Program-made: the position numbers and the translations under genes
The notes under the pieces: generated by a model
What the model was told of the DNA's origin: nothing
Databases searched by the model: none
Seen by the model: the letters and a program-made list of their open reading frames with translations, nothing else
Assembly: GCF_051105105.1 (NCBI RefSeq)
Contig: NZ_CP185339.1
Length of the DNA stretch: 64,000 nucleotides
Strand: one strand, 5' to 3'
Source: Nannocystis pusilla
GTDB lineage: Bacteria > Myxococcota_A > Polyangia > Nannocystales > Nannocystaceae
Part shown: positions 19,336-29,415 of the stretch, in pieces
Layout of the letters: the number at the start of each line of letters is the position of its first letter
Numbering within the stretch: position 1 is the first letter of the stretch

Positions 19336-21114
19336 GTGTCACGATCCCTACCACGATACCTGGCCGCGCTGGCCCTGTTCGCGCCGGCGATCGGCTGCGG
19401 CGGCGGAGGCGGAGGCGGTAACGACGATGCCGGCGCGACCGTCGGCGCCACGGAGAACCCCGGGCCGACCCAGGGTTCTGCCGGGACCGACGGCGGCGAT
19501 CCGACCGAAGGCGGCACCGACACCAGCGACGATCCGACCGGCGGCAGCCAGCCCGTCTCGTGCGACGAGGGCCCGCAGCCGGGGCCGATGCCGCGGCTCG
19601 TCCGGCTCACGCACGCGCAGTACGACCTCACCGTCGCCGACCTCCTGAAGTTGAACCTCGATCCGCTGCCCTCGGCCGAGTTCCTGGCCGACCCTGCGGT
19701 CGCCGGCTTCGACAACAACGCCCAGCAGATGGTCGTCAAGGATCGCCTCGGCCGCGACTATCGCCGCGCCGCCGAGCGCCTCGCCGGCGAGGCCACCAAG
19801 CCCGACGCCCTCGCCGCCTTGCTGCCGTGCCAGCCCGAGGGCGACGGCTCGCAGTGCGCCGCGCAGTTCGTCGCCGAGTTCGGCCGCCGCGCCTTCCGTC
19901 GCCCGCTCACCCCGAGCGAGCAGACCACCTACAGCGGCCTGTTCAGCCAGGGCGCCGGCCTCTACCCCGAGGGCACCCCGTTCGAGCAGGGCATCCGCTT
20001 CATCATCGAGGCCATGCTGCAGTCGGGTCACTTCCTCTACCGCGTCGAGCTGAGCGACAGCGTCGACAGCGATCAGGTCATCCCGCTCGGCGGCTACGAG
20101 CTCGCCTCGCGCCTGTCCTACTTGTTGTGGGGCAGCATGCCCGACGACGCCCTCCTCGCCGCCGCCGAGGCCGGTGAGCTCGACACCGCCGAGGGCGTCG
20201 AGGCCCAGGCGCGGCGCCTGCTCGACAGCCCCAAGGCCGAGGCCCCGGTCGCCGACTTCCACCGCCAGTGGCTCGAGCTCGACAAGGTCGACAACCTCCA
20301 GAAGAACGCCGACCTCTACCCCGAGTTCAACAAGGCCCTCGCCCACGCCATGCGCGAGGAGACCCAGCGGTTCGTGCGTCACGTCGTGTTCGAGCTCGAG
20401 GGCGACTACGCCGCCCTGCTCACCGCCCCGGTCACCTTCGTCAACGCCGAGCTCGCCGCGCTCTACGGCCTCCAGGGCCAGTTCGGCGCCGAATTCACCG
20501 AGGCCGCCCTCGACCCGCAGAAGCGCGCCGGCATCCTCACCCAGCCGAGCTTCCTCGCCACCCACGCCTACCAGAGCATGTCGTCGCCGATCTTCCGCGG
20601 CGCCTTCGTGCAGAAGCAGATCCTCTGCACCCCGCCGCCGCCCCCGCCCGGCGGCATCGACCCCAACCTGCCGCCGCTCGGCGACGACATCGTCACCACC
20701 CGCGACCAGGTCGAGGCTCACACCCAGCAGGACCCGTACTGCGCCGGCTGCCACAAGGGCATCATCAACCCGCCCGGCTTCGCCTTCGAGCACTACGACG
20801 CGCTCGGCAAGTGGCGCGACCTCGACAACGGCGCCCCCGTCGACGCCAGCGGCGAGGCCATCTCGGGCTCCTGGCTGGTCTCGTTCACCGACGCGGTCGA
20901 CATGGTCAATCAGATCGGCGAGTCCGCCAACGGCACCCGCTGCTACCTCACCAACTGGTTCCGCTACGGCTACGGCCGCGACGTCGCCCCGATCGATCGC
21001 TGCACGATCGACGCCCTCGACGCCGAGCTGGCGGCCTCGGGCTACAACATCAAGGAGCTGCTGGTGTCCCTCACCCTGACCCGAACCTTCCGCTTCCGCG
21101 CGGTGGAGGAGTGA
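19336..21114 (+). CDS. DUF1587/DUF1592/DUF1595/DUF1588/DUF1585-family lipoprotein (planctomycete-type), with C-terminal CXXCH
   Basis: GTG start after GGAGG. Lipobox at [10 protein letters not shown]. Characteristic blocks [41 protein letters not shown] and DPYCAGCH. Confidence 0.8.
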   Translation: MSRSLPRYLAALALFAPAIGCGGGGGGGNDDAGATVGATENPGPTQGSAGTDGGDPTEGGTDTSDDPTGGSQPVSCDEGPQPGPMPRLVRLTHAQYDLTVADLLKLNLDPLPSAEFLADPAVAGFDNNAQQMVVKDRLGRDYRRAAERLAGEATKPDALAALLPCQPEGDGSQCAAQFVAEFGRRAFRRPLTPSEQTTYSGLFSQGAGLYPEGTPFEQGIRFIIEAMLQSGHFLYRVELSDSVDSDQVIPLGGYELASRLSYLLWGSMPDDALLAAAEAGELDTAEGVEAQARRLLDSPKAEAPVADFHRQWLELDKVDNLQKNADLYPEFNKALAHAMREETQRFVRHVVFELEGDYAALLTAPVTFVNAELAALYGLQGQFGAEFTEAALDPQKRAGILTQPSFLATHAYQSMSSPIFRGAFVQKQILCTPPPPPPGGIDPNLPPLGDDIVTTRDQVEAHTQQDPYCAGCHKGIINPPGFAFEHYDALGKWRDLDNGAPVDASGEAISGSWLVSFTDAVDMVNQIGESANGTRCYLTNWFRYGYGRDVAPIDRCTIDALDAELAASGYNIKELLVSLTLTRTFRFRAVEE

Positions 21115-22532
21115 TGACCATGAGACGGCGCAACTTCCTGCGAGGCGCGTGCGGAGTCGCGGTCGCGCTGCCCTTCCTCGAGTCGCTCGGCTGGCGGCGC
21201 TTCATCAAGACCGCCAGGGCGGCCGATCCCGGCGGCAAGCGGCTGGTCGTGTTCTTCATGTGCAACGGCGTCAACATGGAGACCTTCTTCCCCGCCGCGC
21301 CCGGCCCGTTGACGGCCGCGTCGCTGATGGGCACCAGCATCGAGCCGCTGGCCGACTACGCCGGCAAGCTGCTGATCCCTCGCGGCATGCACATGGTGCC
21401 CAAGGGTTGGGGCCAGGACGCCGACACCCCCGGGGACGACCACGCCAAGGGCATGGGCCACAAGCTCACCGCCGAGGCCCTCGATCCGGGCACCCTCTAC
21501 GCCCGCGGGATCTCCGTCGACCAGCGCGCCGCCCAGGAGCTCAACAAAGACGGCAGCCCGTCGATGACGCTCTCGGTCGGCTGGCGCCACACCAACTGGC
21601 TCGGCCACATCTCCTACGCCGGCAACAACACGCCGGTCACGCCCGAGGGCAACCCGTGGCTGACCTACCAGGACCTCATGGGCCTGGGCGGCCTCGACGA
21701 GGCGGTCAAGATGCAGATCGCCACGCGCCGGCAGAGCGTGCTCGACCTCGTCGAGGAGGAATTCAAGGCGCTCAAGGCCAAGAACCTCAGCCAGGCCGAC
21801 GCCCAGAAGCTCGAGATGCACGCCGACTCGATCCGCGACCTCGAGATCGACATGGTCGGCAACGGCCTCATCGAGTGCGCCCTTGACCCGGCGCGGGCCG
21901 CCGAGATCGAGGCCATCGACCCCAACTCGGTGCTCGAGGACTGGCAGTTCAAGGCCATCGGCCTGATGCAGCTCGACATCCTGGCGATGGCGGTCGCCTG
22001 CGGGGCCACCAGCGTCGGCAGCATCCAGTGGGCCTCGGGCTCCGGCGGCCCGATCTACAAGTGGGACGGCATGAACCACGAGTTCAACCACCACAAGCTG
22101 TCGCACGGCAACACCAAGGACGACAACTCGGGCGAGGAGGTCGCCGGCTACCTCGAGATGCTGACCCAGATCGATCGCTGGCACGCCGAGCAGTACCGCC
22201 ACCTGCTCGACCGCCTCTCCTCGTACAGCGAGGGCGACGGCACCGTGCTCGACAACAGCGCGGTCGTCTGGTTCAACGAGCTGTCCGACGGCAAGGCCCA
22301 CTCGTACCTCGACCTGCCCGTCATCATCGCCGGCGGCGCCGGCGGCTACCTCAAGCAGGGCCACTACATCGACCTCATCGGCGGCCAGGACCCGTGGGTC
22401 CAGACCCACCCGCACAACCGCCTGCTCATCACCCTGCTCAACGCCGTCGGCTGCACCGACAACGGCGGCCCGGTCACCCAGTTCGGCCGCGCCGGCCTCG
22501 AACAGGGCGAGTACGCCGAACTGCTGGCCTGA
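21114..22532 (+). CDS. DUF1552-family protein (Tat signal), conserved partner of DUF1592 proteins
   Basis: [20 protein letters not shown] has a twin-arginine motif. Overlaps the upstream stop (GTGATGA), so a two-gene operon with 19336..21114 is likely. Confidence 0.85.
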   Translation: MTMRRRNFLRGACGVAVALPFLESLGWRRFIKTARAADPGGKRLVVFFMCNGVNMETFFPAAPGPLTAASLMGTSIEPLADYAGKLLIPRGMHMVPKGWGQDADTPGDDHAKGMGHKLTAEALDPGTLYARGISVDQRAAQELNKDGSPSMTLSVGWRHTNWLGHISYAGNNTPVTPEGNPWLTYQDLMGLGGLDEAVKMQIATRRQSVLDLVEEEFKALKAKNLSQADAQKLEMHADSIRDLEIDMVGNGLIECALDPARAAEIEAIDPNSVLEDWQFKAIGLMQLDILAMAVACGATSVGSIQWASGSGGPIYKWDGMNHEFNHHKLSHGNTKDDNSGEEVAGYLEMLTQIDRWHAEQYRHLLDRLSSYSEGDGTVLDNSAVVWFNELSDGKAHSYLDLPVIIAGGAGGYLKQGHYIDLIGGQDPWVQTHPHNRLLITLLNAVGCTDNGGPVTQFGRAGLEQGEYAELLA

Positions 22533-22596
22533 GAGACAGGTCCGCTGCTGTCCCGCTCGAGGACCCGCGCGCTCCGGCCCGCGGGTCCTCGCGCGT

Positions 22597-23088
22597 TCAC
22601 GCCAGCGGCTTTCGCATCTTCACGCACGCCATGGCCCGGCCGCTGCGCAGCGTGTGCATCGCCGGCCCCTCGCTCAAAAACCCGTGGGCCGCGTAGAACG
22701 ACGCCGCTACCAGCGACGCGTCGACGCGGATCTCCCTCGCACCGCCCGCGCGGGCCACGGCCTCGGCGGCCGCGAACAGCGACGAGCCGACCCCGCGACG
22801 ACTGGCGCGACCGCGGACGTAGACCGCGACGCGATGGTCCCCGGCCTCGACGCGATGGGCCGCGAAGCCGACGACCTGCGCGTCTCCGTCGACCGCCACG
22901 AAGAACTGCTCGCCCTGGCGCATCGCCTGCACATAGCGCTCTCCCGTCCGCGGGCTGGCCCAATCCGCCACCACCTCGCGCGCGTACGCCGACGGCCCCA
23001 GCGAGAGGATGGCGTCGACGTGCGCCTCGGCGATCGCCGCCGCGTCGTCGCAGCTCGCCGGACGAACCTGGAACCCGACCGCAGACAT
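22597..23088 (-). CDS. GNAT family N-acetyltransferase
   Basis: MSAVGFQVRPASCDDAAAIAEAH...VAVYVRGRASRRGVGSSLF carries the acetyl-CoA binding motif (R/Q-x-x-G-x-G/A). Confidence 0.75.
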   Translation of the reverse strand: MSAVGFQVRPASCDDAAAIAEAHVDAILSLGPSAYAREVVADWASPRTGERYVQAMRQGEQFFVAVDGDAQVVGFAAHRVEAGDHRVAVYVRGRASRRGVGSSLFAAAEAVARAGGAREIRVDASLVAASFYAAHGFLSEGPAMHTLRSGRAMACVKMRKPLA

Positions 23089-23186
23089 CGACCACCATGG
23101 TACCGCTGCAGCAGCACGCGGGCACGCATCGGCCCGAGCTGGCACGACGGCCATCGTCGCGCATGCTCACCGCGGAGACCTCCCCG

Positions 23187-23609
23187 ATGCCCACGACCTA
23201 CCACGGCAGCTGTCACTGCGGCGCCATCCGCTTCGAGGCCGACATCGACCTGTCCGCCGGCATTCGCAAGTGCAACTGCAGCTTCTGCTGGAAGCTCGGC
23301 TATCGCAAGGCGCTGGTGCCCTACGCCGCGGTGCGCATCACCGCCGGCCACGACGCCATGAAGGACTACCAGCCGACCCCGCTGCACTGGCCGCCCGGCG
23401 ACATCAACCATTATCACTGCGGCCGCTGCGGCGCGCACGTGTGCTCGCGCGGCTACCTCGAGAAGGAGATGGGCGGCGACTTCTGGGCCGTCAACGTCGC
23501 CTGCCTCGACGACGCCACCGAGGAGGCGCTGGCCGCCGCGCCCGTCATCTACGAGGACGGCAAGCGCGACCGCCAGGACCGCCCGCCGGCGATCACCGCG
23601 TACCTCTGA
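23187..23609 (+). CDS. GFA (glutathione-dependent formaldehyde-activating / CENP-V) family protein
   Basis: MPTTYHGSCHCGAIRFEA...CNCSFC...HYHCGRCG has the Cys-rich GFA zinc motifs. Confidence 0.8.
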   Translation: MPTTYHGSCHCGAIRFEADIDLSAGIRKCNCSFCWKLGYRKALVPYAAVRITAGHDAMKDYQPTPLHWPPGDINHYHCGRCGAHVCSRGYLEKEMGGDFWAVNVACLDDATEEALAAAPVIYEDGKRDRQDRPPAITAYL

Positions 23610-23958
23610 CCTGCCGCGTCAGAACCTCGCAAGCGACCCCGCGACGACGCCATCTTCCCGTCGCTCCGAACGCCGCACGCTTCCGGCTCCTCGCCACGGC
23701 GACATCGCTGCTACCTCTGATTCTGTTACGCGTTCGACCGCCGACCACCACCGCGTACTTGGGAACCTCCGCGACGTCGGCTCAGCGCTACCTACGCGAC
23801 GAGGACGCGTCCCAAGTCGGCGCTCGTGCGTCAGGAGCGGGGCGAAGACTCGCGAGAATCACGGCAGAGCTCTCGCTCGTCGGGCCGCTCGCACTCGCCG
23901 GCGGCACGTCGCCACAGCTGCGCATTCACGGCGCCGCCACCAGCCTGCCCCTACGCGC

Positions 23959-25662
23959 TCACGCTCGCGTGAATGCATCGAGCACGGCCAGCGGCGCCTC
24001 GTCGGCGATCACCCGCGCCAGCGCGGCCACCAGCTCGCCTTGCGGATGCCCCTCGCCTCGCGCCCGCGCCGCGTTCGCACTCAGGTCCCATCCGGGCGAG
24101 CGGACTCCGGCCCTCAGCGCCGCGAGCAGCTGCGGCAGCGCGTCCGGCCACAGCTCCGGCGCGTGCGCGAACGCGTAGAAGCACAGCTCGCAGCGCAGCG
24201 GCGACTCCGACTCCGACGCCGCCAGCGCGCGCGCCAGCAGCTCGCGACCCTCCGCCGCGCGGCCCTCCGCGAACAGCAGCCGGGCGAAGTTCCCGAGCAA
24301 GTTGCCGTCGTCCGGCTCGATCGCCAGCGCCCGGCGGTACAGCGCCTCCGCCCCGGTCGCGTCGGCGAACGCCCCCACACGGAAGTTCGCGTAGTTGCCC
24401 AGGTGATGCGCGTCCTCCGGCGCCAGCGCGATCGTCTCGCGGTAACACGCGTCGGCGCGCTCCCGATCGCCGCGGATCAGCGCGAGGAAGTTGGCGAAGT
24501 TGCCGCGATGATCGGCGTCCTCGCCGTCGGCCGCCAGCGCCCGCTCATAGTACGCCTCGGCCAGGTCGTGCTCGCCACACACGTCGCTGAGGAACGCCGC
24601 GAAGTTGCCGAGCATGTCCGCGTGCTCGGGCACCTCCGCCAAAAATTTCTCATAAAAGCCGCGCGCCAGCGGATTGCCGGCCCGGTGCAGCGCCGTGGCG
24701 AAGCTCGCGTGGACCGGCGCATCGCCCGGCAACGCCTCCACCAGCAGCGCGAACACCGGGTCGCCTGCGCCGGGTCCCGCGTGCTCGCGCAGCCAGCCCA
24801 GCGTCGCCGCCAGCGACTCGCCGCTCGGCTCGACCACCTTCGCCACCCGCACCAGCGACACCACGCGCGGCCACGCCTCTGCGGCGATCGCCGCTTCGAT
24901 CGCGCGGAGGATCGTTCGCACCTCGAACCCCGCGTCGATCAGCGACAGGCGCGCCAGCTCGACGTGCGCCGCGAGGATCGGCCCGCGCGCGCTCGCTCGC
25001 TCGTCCAGGGCCACGCGCGGGTGCTGCGGGATCACCAGCGACAGCTCGATCCCCGCCTCGCGCGCCGCCGCCTCGCGCGCCCCCCTCAGCTCGTCCTCGC
25101 CGATCGGCAGCGGGCTGCCCACCACCCGCGTCGCCAGCCCCGCGTCCTCGCAGCGGCGCAGCAGCTCGGCCGTGCCGGCCACGTGCTGGCGATCAAGGGC
25201 CATGAACAGCACCACGCGATCGGCGAGCGCCCGCACCACCCGCTCGGCCGCCCGCGATGCACCTGCGGCGACGTCGATCAGCACGACGTCGGCGACGTCG
25301 GCCGCCGCGATCGCCCGGCGCAGCTCGTCCCACGCCGCGCTTCGGTCACCGGCCGCCCACCCGTCCAGCCGATCCCAGTAAGCCGCATCGAGCCGCCCCG
25401 CCGGCAGCACCCGCAGCCCCTCGCCGATCGCCACGCACCGCTCGACGAGCGCCGGTTCATGGCCCCGACTGGCCGCCCACTCGACGACCCCTTCGCCGTC
25501 CACCGCCACGAGCCGCGTCAGCCCCGGCGACTCGAGCTCGAGGTCCACCAGCAACACCCGCAGCCCGCGCGCCGCCAGCACCCGCCCGACGCCCCACACG
25601 GCCAGCGTGCGCCCCACCCCGCCATGAGCCGACCAGCACGCGATGAACGACGGCGTCTGCAT
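23959..25662 (-). CDS. ParA/MinD-like P-loop NTPase domain fused to TPR repeats
   Basis: The N-terminus SAHGGVGRTLAVWGVGRVLAARGLRVLLVDLELESPG is a deviant Walker A with R in place of K. The C-terminal half has repeated HxxGNxAxFL TPR units. Confidence 0.7.
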   Translation of the reverse strand: MQTPSFIACWSAHGGVGRTLAVWGVGRVLAARGLRVLLVDLELESPGLTRLVAVDGEGVVEWAASRGHEPALVERCVAIGEGLRVLPAGRLDAAYWDRLDGWAAGDRSAAWDELRRAIAAADVADVVLIDVAAGASRAAERVVRALADRVVLFMALDRQHVAGTAELLRRCEDAGLATRVVGSPLPIGEDELRGAREAAAREAGIELSLVIPQHPRVALDERASARGPILAAHVELARLSLIDAGFEVRTILRAIEAAIAAEAWPRVVSLVRVAKVVEPSGESLAATLGWLREHAGPGAGDPVFALLVEALPGDAPVHASFATALHRAGNPLARGFYEKFLAEVPEHADMLGNFAAFLSDVCGEHDLAEAYYERALAADGEDADHRGNFANFLALIRGDRERADACYRETIALAPEDAHHLGNYANFRVGAFADATGAEALYRRALAIEPDDGNLLGNFARLLFAEGRAAEGRELLARALAASESESPLRCELCFYAFAHAPELWPDALPQLLAALRAGVRSPGWDLSANAARARGEGHPQGELVAALARVIADEAPLAVLDAFTRA

Positions 25663-25734
25663 GCCCGAGTCTTACCGCGCGAGACCCCCGCCGGGGCCCC
25701 CGCGCCAGCGTGCGATTCCCCCGGTCGCCCGTCC

Positions 25735-26110
25735 CGCCGACATGTCTTTAGAGCCAGGCTCACCCGCAACCCACGTCCAGCGCCGCCCATCGCCTCGCCG
25801 ATGCCCCGCCACACCTGAATGACATGTCCCTTGAGACATCCGCTTGCCCTCGTTCGCCCCTGCCGGATGCCCCCGTGCCTTTGAATGCTCTCGGCACGGC
25901 CCTCGCATCTGTCCGTCCGGGCATCACGAAAATCTCAGAACACGTCCTGCGAGACATCCATGATGCTCGCTTGTCCCTTGTCCGCACTCTCTGCTCTACC
26001 CTAAACCGTCTTTTAAGACATGTCCCTTCAAACATCTAAACTCCAGCCCTCGACTCTACCTTGCCCACTTAAAAAATGTCCTTTCAGCCATATCCTTCGA
26101 AGATCTCGAC
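25735..26110. repeat. long intergenic region densely seeded with (G)ACATGTCC(C)TT-type units
   Basis: catgtctttagagcc, tgacatgtcccttgagacatcc, gagacatccatgatg, taagacatgtcccttcaaacatc, aaaatgtcctttcagccatatccttcg. Confidence 0.65.
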
Positions 26111-26232
26111 CCAAGCCCTCACCTCTGCGGCGCCCCGACGCGTCCTTTCCGTCATCCGCAACCAGCCCTCGCTCTGTCTGGGCGTCCCAATCGCGCCCAT
26201 CGCCTCGCCCCGCCCCGCAAGAGCGCGCCCCT

Positions 26233-28677
26233 TCACCCCTGCGCCCGCTCCTCGGCCCGGGCCTCCGCCACCCGCGCCGCCACGCGAGCGCGGCGATCCT
26301 CGCGAGCCCACCGCGCCAGCGCCCCCAGCAGCCCCAGCGCCGCGAGCGGCCACAGCGGTGCCAGCCGGTCGCGCCGCGCCTGGCGTTCTGCCCACGTCGC
26401 CGGCCGCTCCCACGCGAACCGCCGCGTCTCCGTCGGCGCCGGCGCCAGCCCGTGTCGCGCGCGCACCTCCGGGTCCAGCTGCGCGAACGGTTCGTCCGCG
26501 CACGTCACCTGCGCCAGCACCCGCACCTGCTGTCGCGCCGCGAAGTGTTCGCGCGGGTCGCTGCCGGGCGGCGGCAGCGGAGCCCGCAGATGCTCGAGCA
26601 GCACCTCGCGCGGCGGCTCGCCTCCGTGCTCGAGCGCCCAGCGGCGGCACAGGTAGCGCGCGTGCCACGGCGCCAGCTTCTCGCGCTGCCCGAGCACGTT
26701 GTCGCCGATCTTCCGCCAGCGGTCGTGCCACAAGTGCGCCCGCGGCAGGTCGTCCTCGCGCTGCGGCTCCGCCCCGAAGCGATGCCGTTCCCCCGCCGCG
26801 TCGACCACCGTCGCCCGCAGCAGGTTCTGCTCGCGCGGCGGGTTGGGGGCGAACATCGCCCATACCTGGCTCGTGAAGCTCAGCTCGATCCACGGCCCCA
26901 CCAGCGCCCGCGCCTGCGCGCGCCACGGCACGCTCGGCCACGCCGGCAGCTGCCACATCAGCAGGGCAGCCACGTGGTACGCGACCAGGCCGCCCGCTGC
27001 GAGGCGTCCCGCCGGGCCGTGGGCCCACGGCTCGCGCAGCTCGATCATCGCGCCCCGATCGCGCCGGGCGATCCGCCAGCCGACGATCGTCAGACCTGTC
27101 CCTGCGGCCAGCCACGCCGCGTGCCAGGCCCGCGCCCCCACCCCGGCGATCAGCGCGATCGCCCCGCCGGCCAGCACCAGCCCGCCTGCCCCCGCGATCG
27201 CCCACCCCGGCAGCGCCGCCGCGTCGCGGTGCAGGTGCGGCAGCGACGGGTCCTCGCAAGCTGTCTCTTCGCGCAGGTTCTCGGGGACAGGCACGCCCCG
27301 CCGCGCCAGCCCGCGCAGCGCTCGCTGCAGCGTCGCCACCGCCCACGGACCTGCGCCACAGACCAGGTAGACGCTGATCGTCGCCGGCGCGAACGCCCCC
27401 ACCGCCAGCAGGGCGTGGTTGCCGAGGTGGAACAGCAGCCCGAACCCGAGCCACCACTTCGGCGCCAGAGGTCCCGCGGCCAGCCGTCGCGCCGCCGCCC
27501 CGGCCCGCGGCCCCGCGACCGCCGCCGCCGCGCACACGGCGGCCAGCACCGCCAGCGCCGCGGCCCGCTCCGGCGCGCCCGGAGTTCCTGGCTTTTCGAC
27601 CAGGTCCGCAGGGACAGCCGCGGCGATCGCCGCCGCCGCCGCCAGCCCGCCCCAGCACAGCCGGGCCGCCGCCGCCGCGGGCCCGCGCAGCGCCGGCGCC
27701 CCCGAGCGCCCGAGCGCCCGCGCGACCAGCCCGACCAGCACCAGCGGGAACAGCCGCTCCCACCACATCACGCCCCAGCTGGCCAGGCGCAGCGGCCACG
27801 GCCCCATCGCCGCGATCGCGGCCGACATGTCCCAACGGACATACGTGTCGCGCATCAACACGAACTGCAGCACGTCCCCCGTCTGCCACGACGTGCCCGC
27901 CTTGACCCAGCCGTTGGCCGCGTAGCACAGCGCCAATTGCCCGGCCATCAGCGCCTGCGGCCAGGCCGGGATCCGGCGGTAGATCGCCGCCAGCCCGTGC
28001 GGCGCCGCGGCCGACGGGGCCGCGCCCGCGCCCGCACCTGGCCCCGAGGTCATGCTCAAAAGGCCACGTCGTCGCAACGCCCGGCAGCGGCGCCAATTGT
28101 CGACGCTGTAGGCCGCCCCGCAGCGCGACCACATCAGCAGGAACAGGAACGCGCAGAACACCTGCTCCCCGCCCCAGTGGGCCTCGCCGCGGCGCAGCAG
28201 CCCGGCGTAGAGCGACCACGAGGCGATCGCGCTGAGCCGCGTGCGAAACCCCAGCGTGAGCGCCAGCGCGGCCGCGAAGAGCAGCCCGAGGTGAACTTCG
28301 ACCACACCCGGGCTGTCGGCGAAGTAAAGCGGCGACCACCGGCCGCTGATCACGAAGTCGAGGACCGCGGTCGCGTCGCGCGGGCCCGCGGGCTCGCGCA
28401 CCCCGTCGCCGAAGCCGATCAGCGCCCCCCGGCCCATCCGCTCCGGGACGGCGGCCCGGGGCAAGAGCCCCTCGTCGGAGAACAGATACGAGGCGAGCGG
28501 CGCGATCTCGAGCAAGTTGACGAGTAGACAGCACCCGAACGCGATCCGCAGCAGCGCCAGCGGCCGCGGATCGACCGCGCGCAGCAGCACCCGGCGCAGC
28601 CCCTCGCGGTATAGAGCGACGAGGCCGACAAGGCTCGCAGCCATCAGGGCGAGCGCCACCGCGAGTCCCGGAGACAC
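26233..28677 (-). CDS. HTTM-domain (vitamin K-dependent gamma-carboxylase-like) polytopic membrane protein
   Basis: 814 aa. N-terminal signature ALLRIAFGCCLLVNLLE...YLFSDEGLLPR. Many TM helices. Confidence 0.8.
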   Translation of the reverse strand: MSPGLAVALALMAASLVGLVALYREGLRRVLLRAVDPRPLALLRIAFGCCLLVNLLEIAPLASYLFSDEGLLPRAAVPERMGRGALIGFGDGVREPAGPRDATAVLDFVISGRWSPLYFADSPGVVEVHLGLLFAAALALTLGFRTRLSAIASWSLYAGLLRRGEAHWGGEQVFCAFLFLLMWSRCGAAYSVDNWRRCRALRRRGLLSMTSGPGAGAGAAPSAAAPHGLAAIYRRIPAWPQALMAGQLALCYAANGWVKAGTSWQTGDVLQFVLMRDTYVRWDMSAAIAAMGPWPLRLASWGVMWWERLFPLVLVGLVARALGRSGAPALRGPAAAAARLCWGGLAAAAAIAAAVPADLVEKPGTPGAPERAAALAVLAAVCAAAAVAGPRAGAAARRLAAGPLAPKWWLGFGLLFHLGNHALLAVGAFAPATISVYLVCGAGPWAVATLQRALRGLARRGVPVPENLREETACEDPSLPHLHRDAAALPGWAIAGAGGLVLAGGAIALIAGVGARAWHAAWLAAGTGLTIVGWRIARRDRGAMIELREPWAHGPAGRLAAGGLVAYHVAALLMWQLPAWPSVPWRAQARALVGPWIELSFTSQVWAMFAPNPPREQNLLRATVVDAAGERHRFGAEPQREDDLPRAHLWHDRWRKIGDNVLGQREKLAPWHARYLCRRWALEHGGEPPREVLLEHLRAPLPPPGSDPREHFAARQQVRVLAQVTCADEPFAQLDPEVRARHGLAPAPTETRRFAWERPATWAERQARRDRLAPLWPLAALGLLGALARWAREDRRARVAARVAEARAEERAQG

Positions 28678-28766
28678 CGGTTCAGTGTACCCGACGCCGG
28701 GCGCACCCGGTCCCGCGCTGGCAGATTTTCTGGTCGCCTGCGCCCTCGATCTGCTAAGGTCCGGGC

Positions 28767-29343
28767 ATGTCTTCGCTTATCGATTGCCCCGAATGCGCCT
28801 GTCTGTTCCGAGCCTCCGACGCGACCTGCCCGTTCTGCGGTCACGTTCAGCGTCACTCGCTCGGCGCGACATGGGCGGCCGTCGCCTTCACCGCCAGTCT
28901 GGGAGTGATGGGCGCCGCTTGCCAGGTCGACCGCGACATCGGCGACGAGACGTTGGCCACCGCCGGCGACACCGTCGACACCGCCGATACGGTCGACACC
29001 TCGATGGTCTCCGAATCGACCAACCCCGGCGGTGACACCGTCGACCCGACGATCACCACCACCTCCAGCGACGGCGCCACCTATGCCGGCCCCGACGAGG
29101 AGTGGACCACCTCGTGGGACACCACCACCACCACCGGTGACGAGAACGTCGACCACGACGAACACGACGCCGGGCACGACGACCACGACGACCAACAGCA
29201 CCAACGACTCGTCCGACGCCAGCACCTACGCCGGCCCCGACGAGGAGTGGAGCACGTCCGACTGGACGACCTCCGACGACTCGTCCGACGCCAGCACCTA
29301 CGCCGGCGCCGACTCGTGGGAGCCCAACGACCAGGGCCGCTGA
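28767..29343 (+). CDS. zinc-ribbon / single-TM / Thr-Asp-rich repeat protein, +1 frameshift near 29148 inside repetitive tract
   Basis: MSSLIDCPECACLF...CPFCG is a zinc ribbon, followed by the TM segment TWAAVAFTASLGVMGAA. The SSD(G/A)(A/S)TYAGPDEEW repeats are split between ORF 28767.. and ORF 29032..29343. Confidence 0.55.
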
Positions 29344-29376
29344 GTCCCGGACCGCTCGCCCGCACCCCGGCCGCGT

Positions 29377-29415
29377 GGCCGCACGAACCTGTCCGTGCGG
29401 CCATGCGGTTTTTCT
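29377..29415 (+). terminator. putative Rho-independent terminator (GGCCGCAC-loop-GTGCGGCC then TTTTTCT)
   Basis: Direct read: an 8-bp perfect stem with a 10-nt loop, then a T-run 6 nt downstream. It lies 35 bp after the stop at 29343. Confidence 0.5.

Noticed and set aside
22548-22580. GC-rich hairpin GAGGACCCGCG-N8-CGCGGGTCCTC between convergent DUF1552 and GNAT genes, as a bidirectional terminator
   Set aside because: The position is plausible, but no U-tract is present on either strand. It was left uncalled as a terminator feature because intrinsic terminators in high-GC genomes are hard to score by eye.
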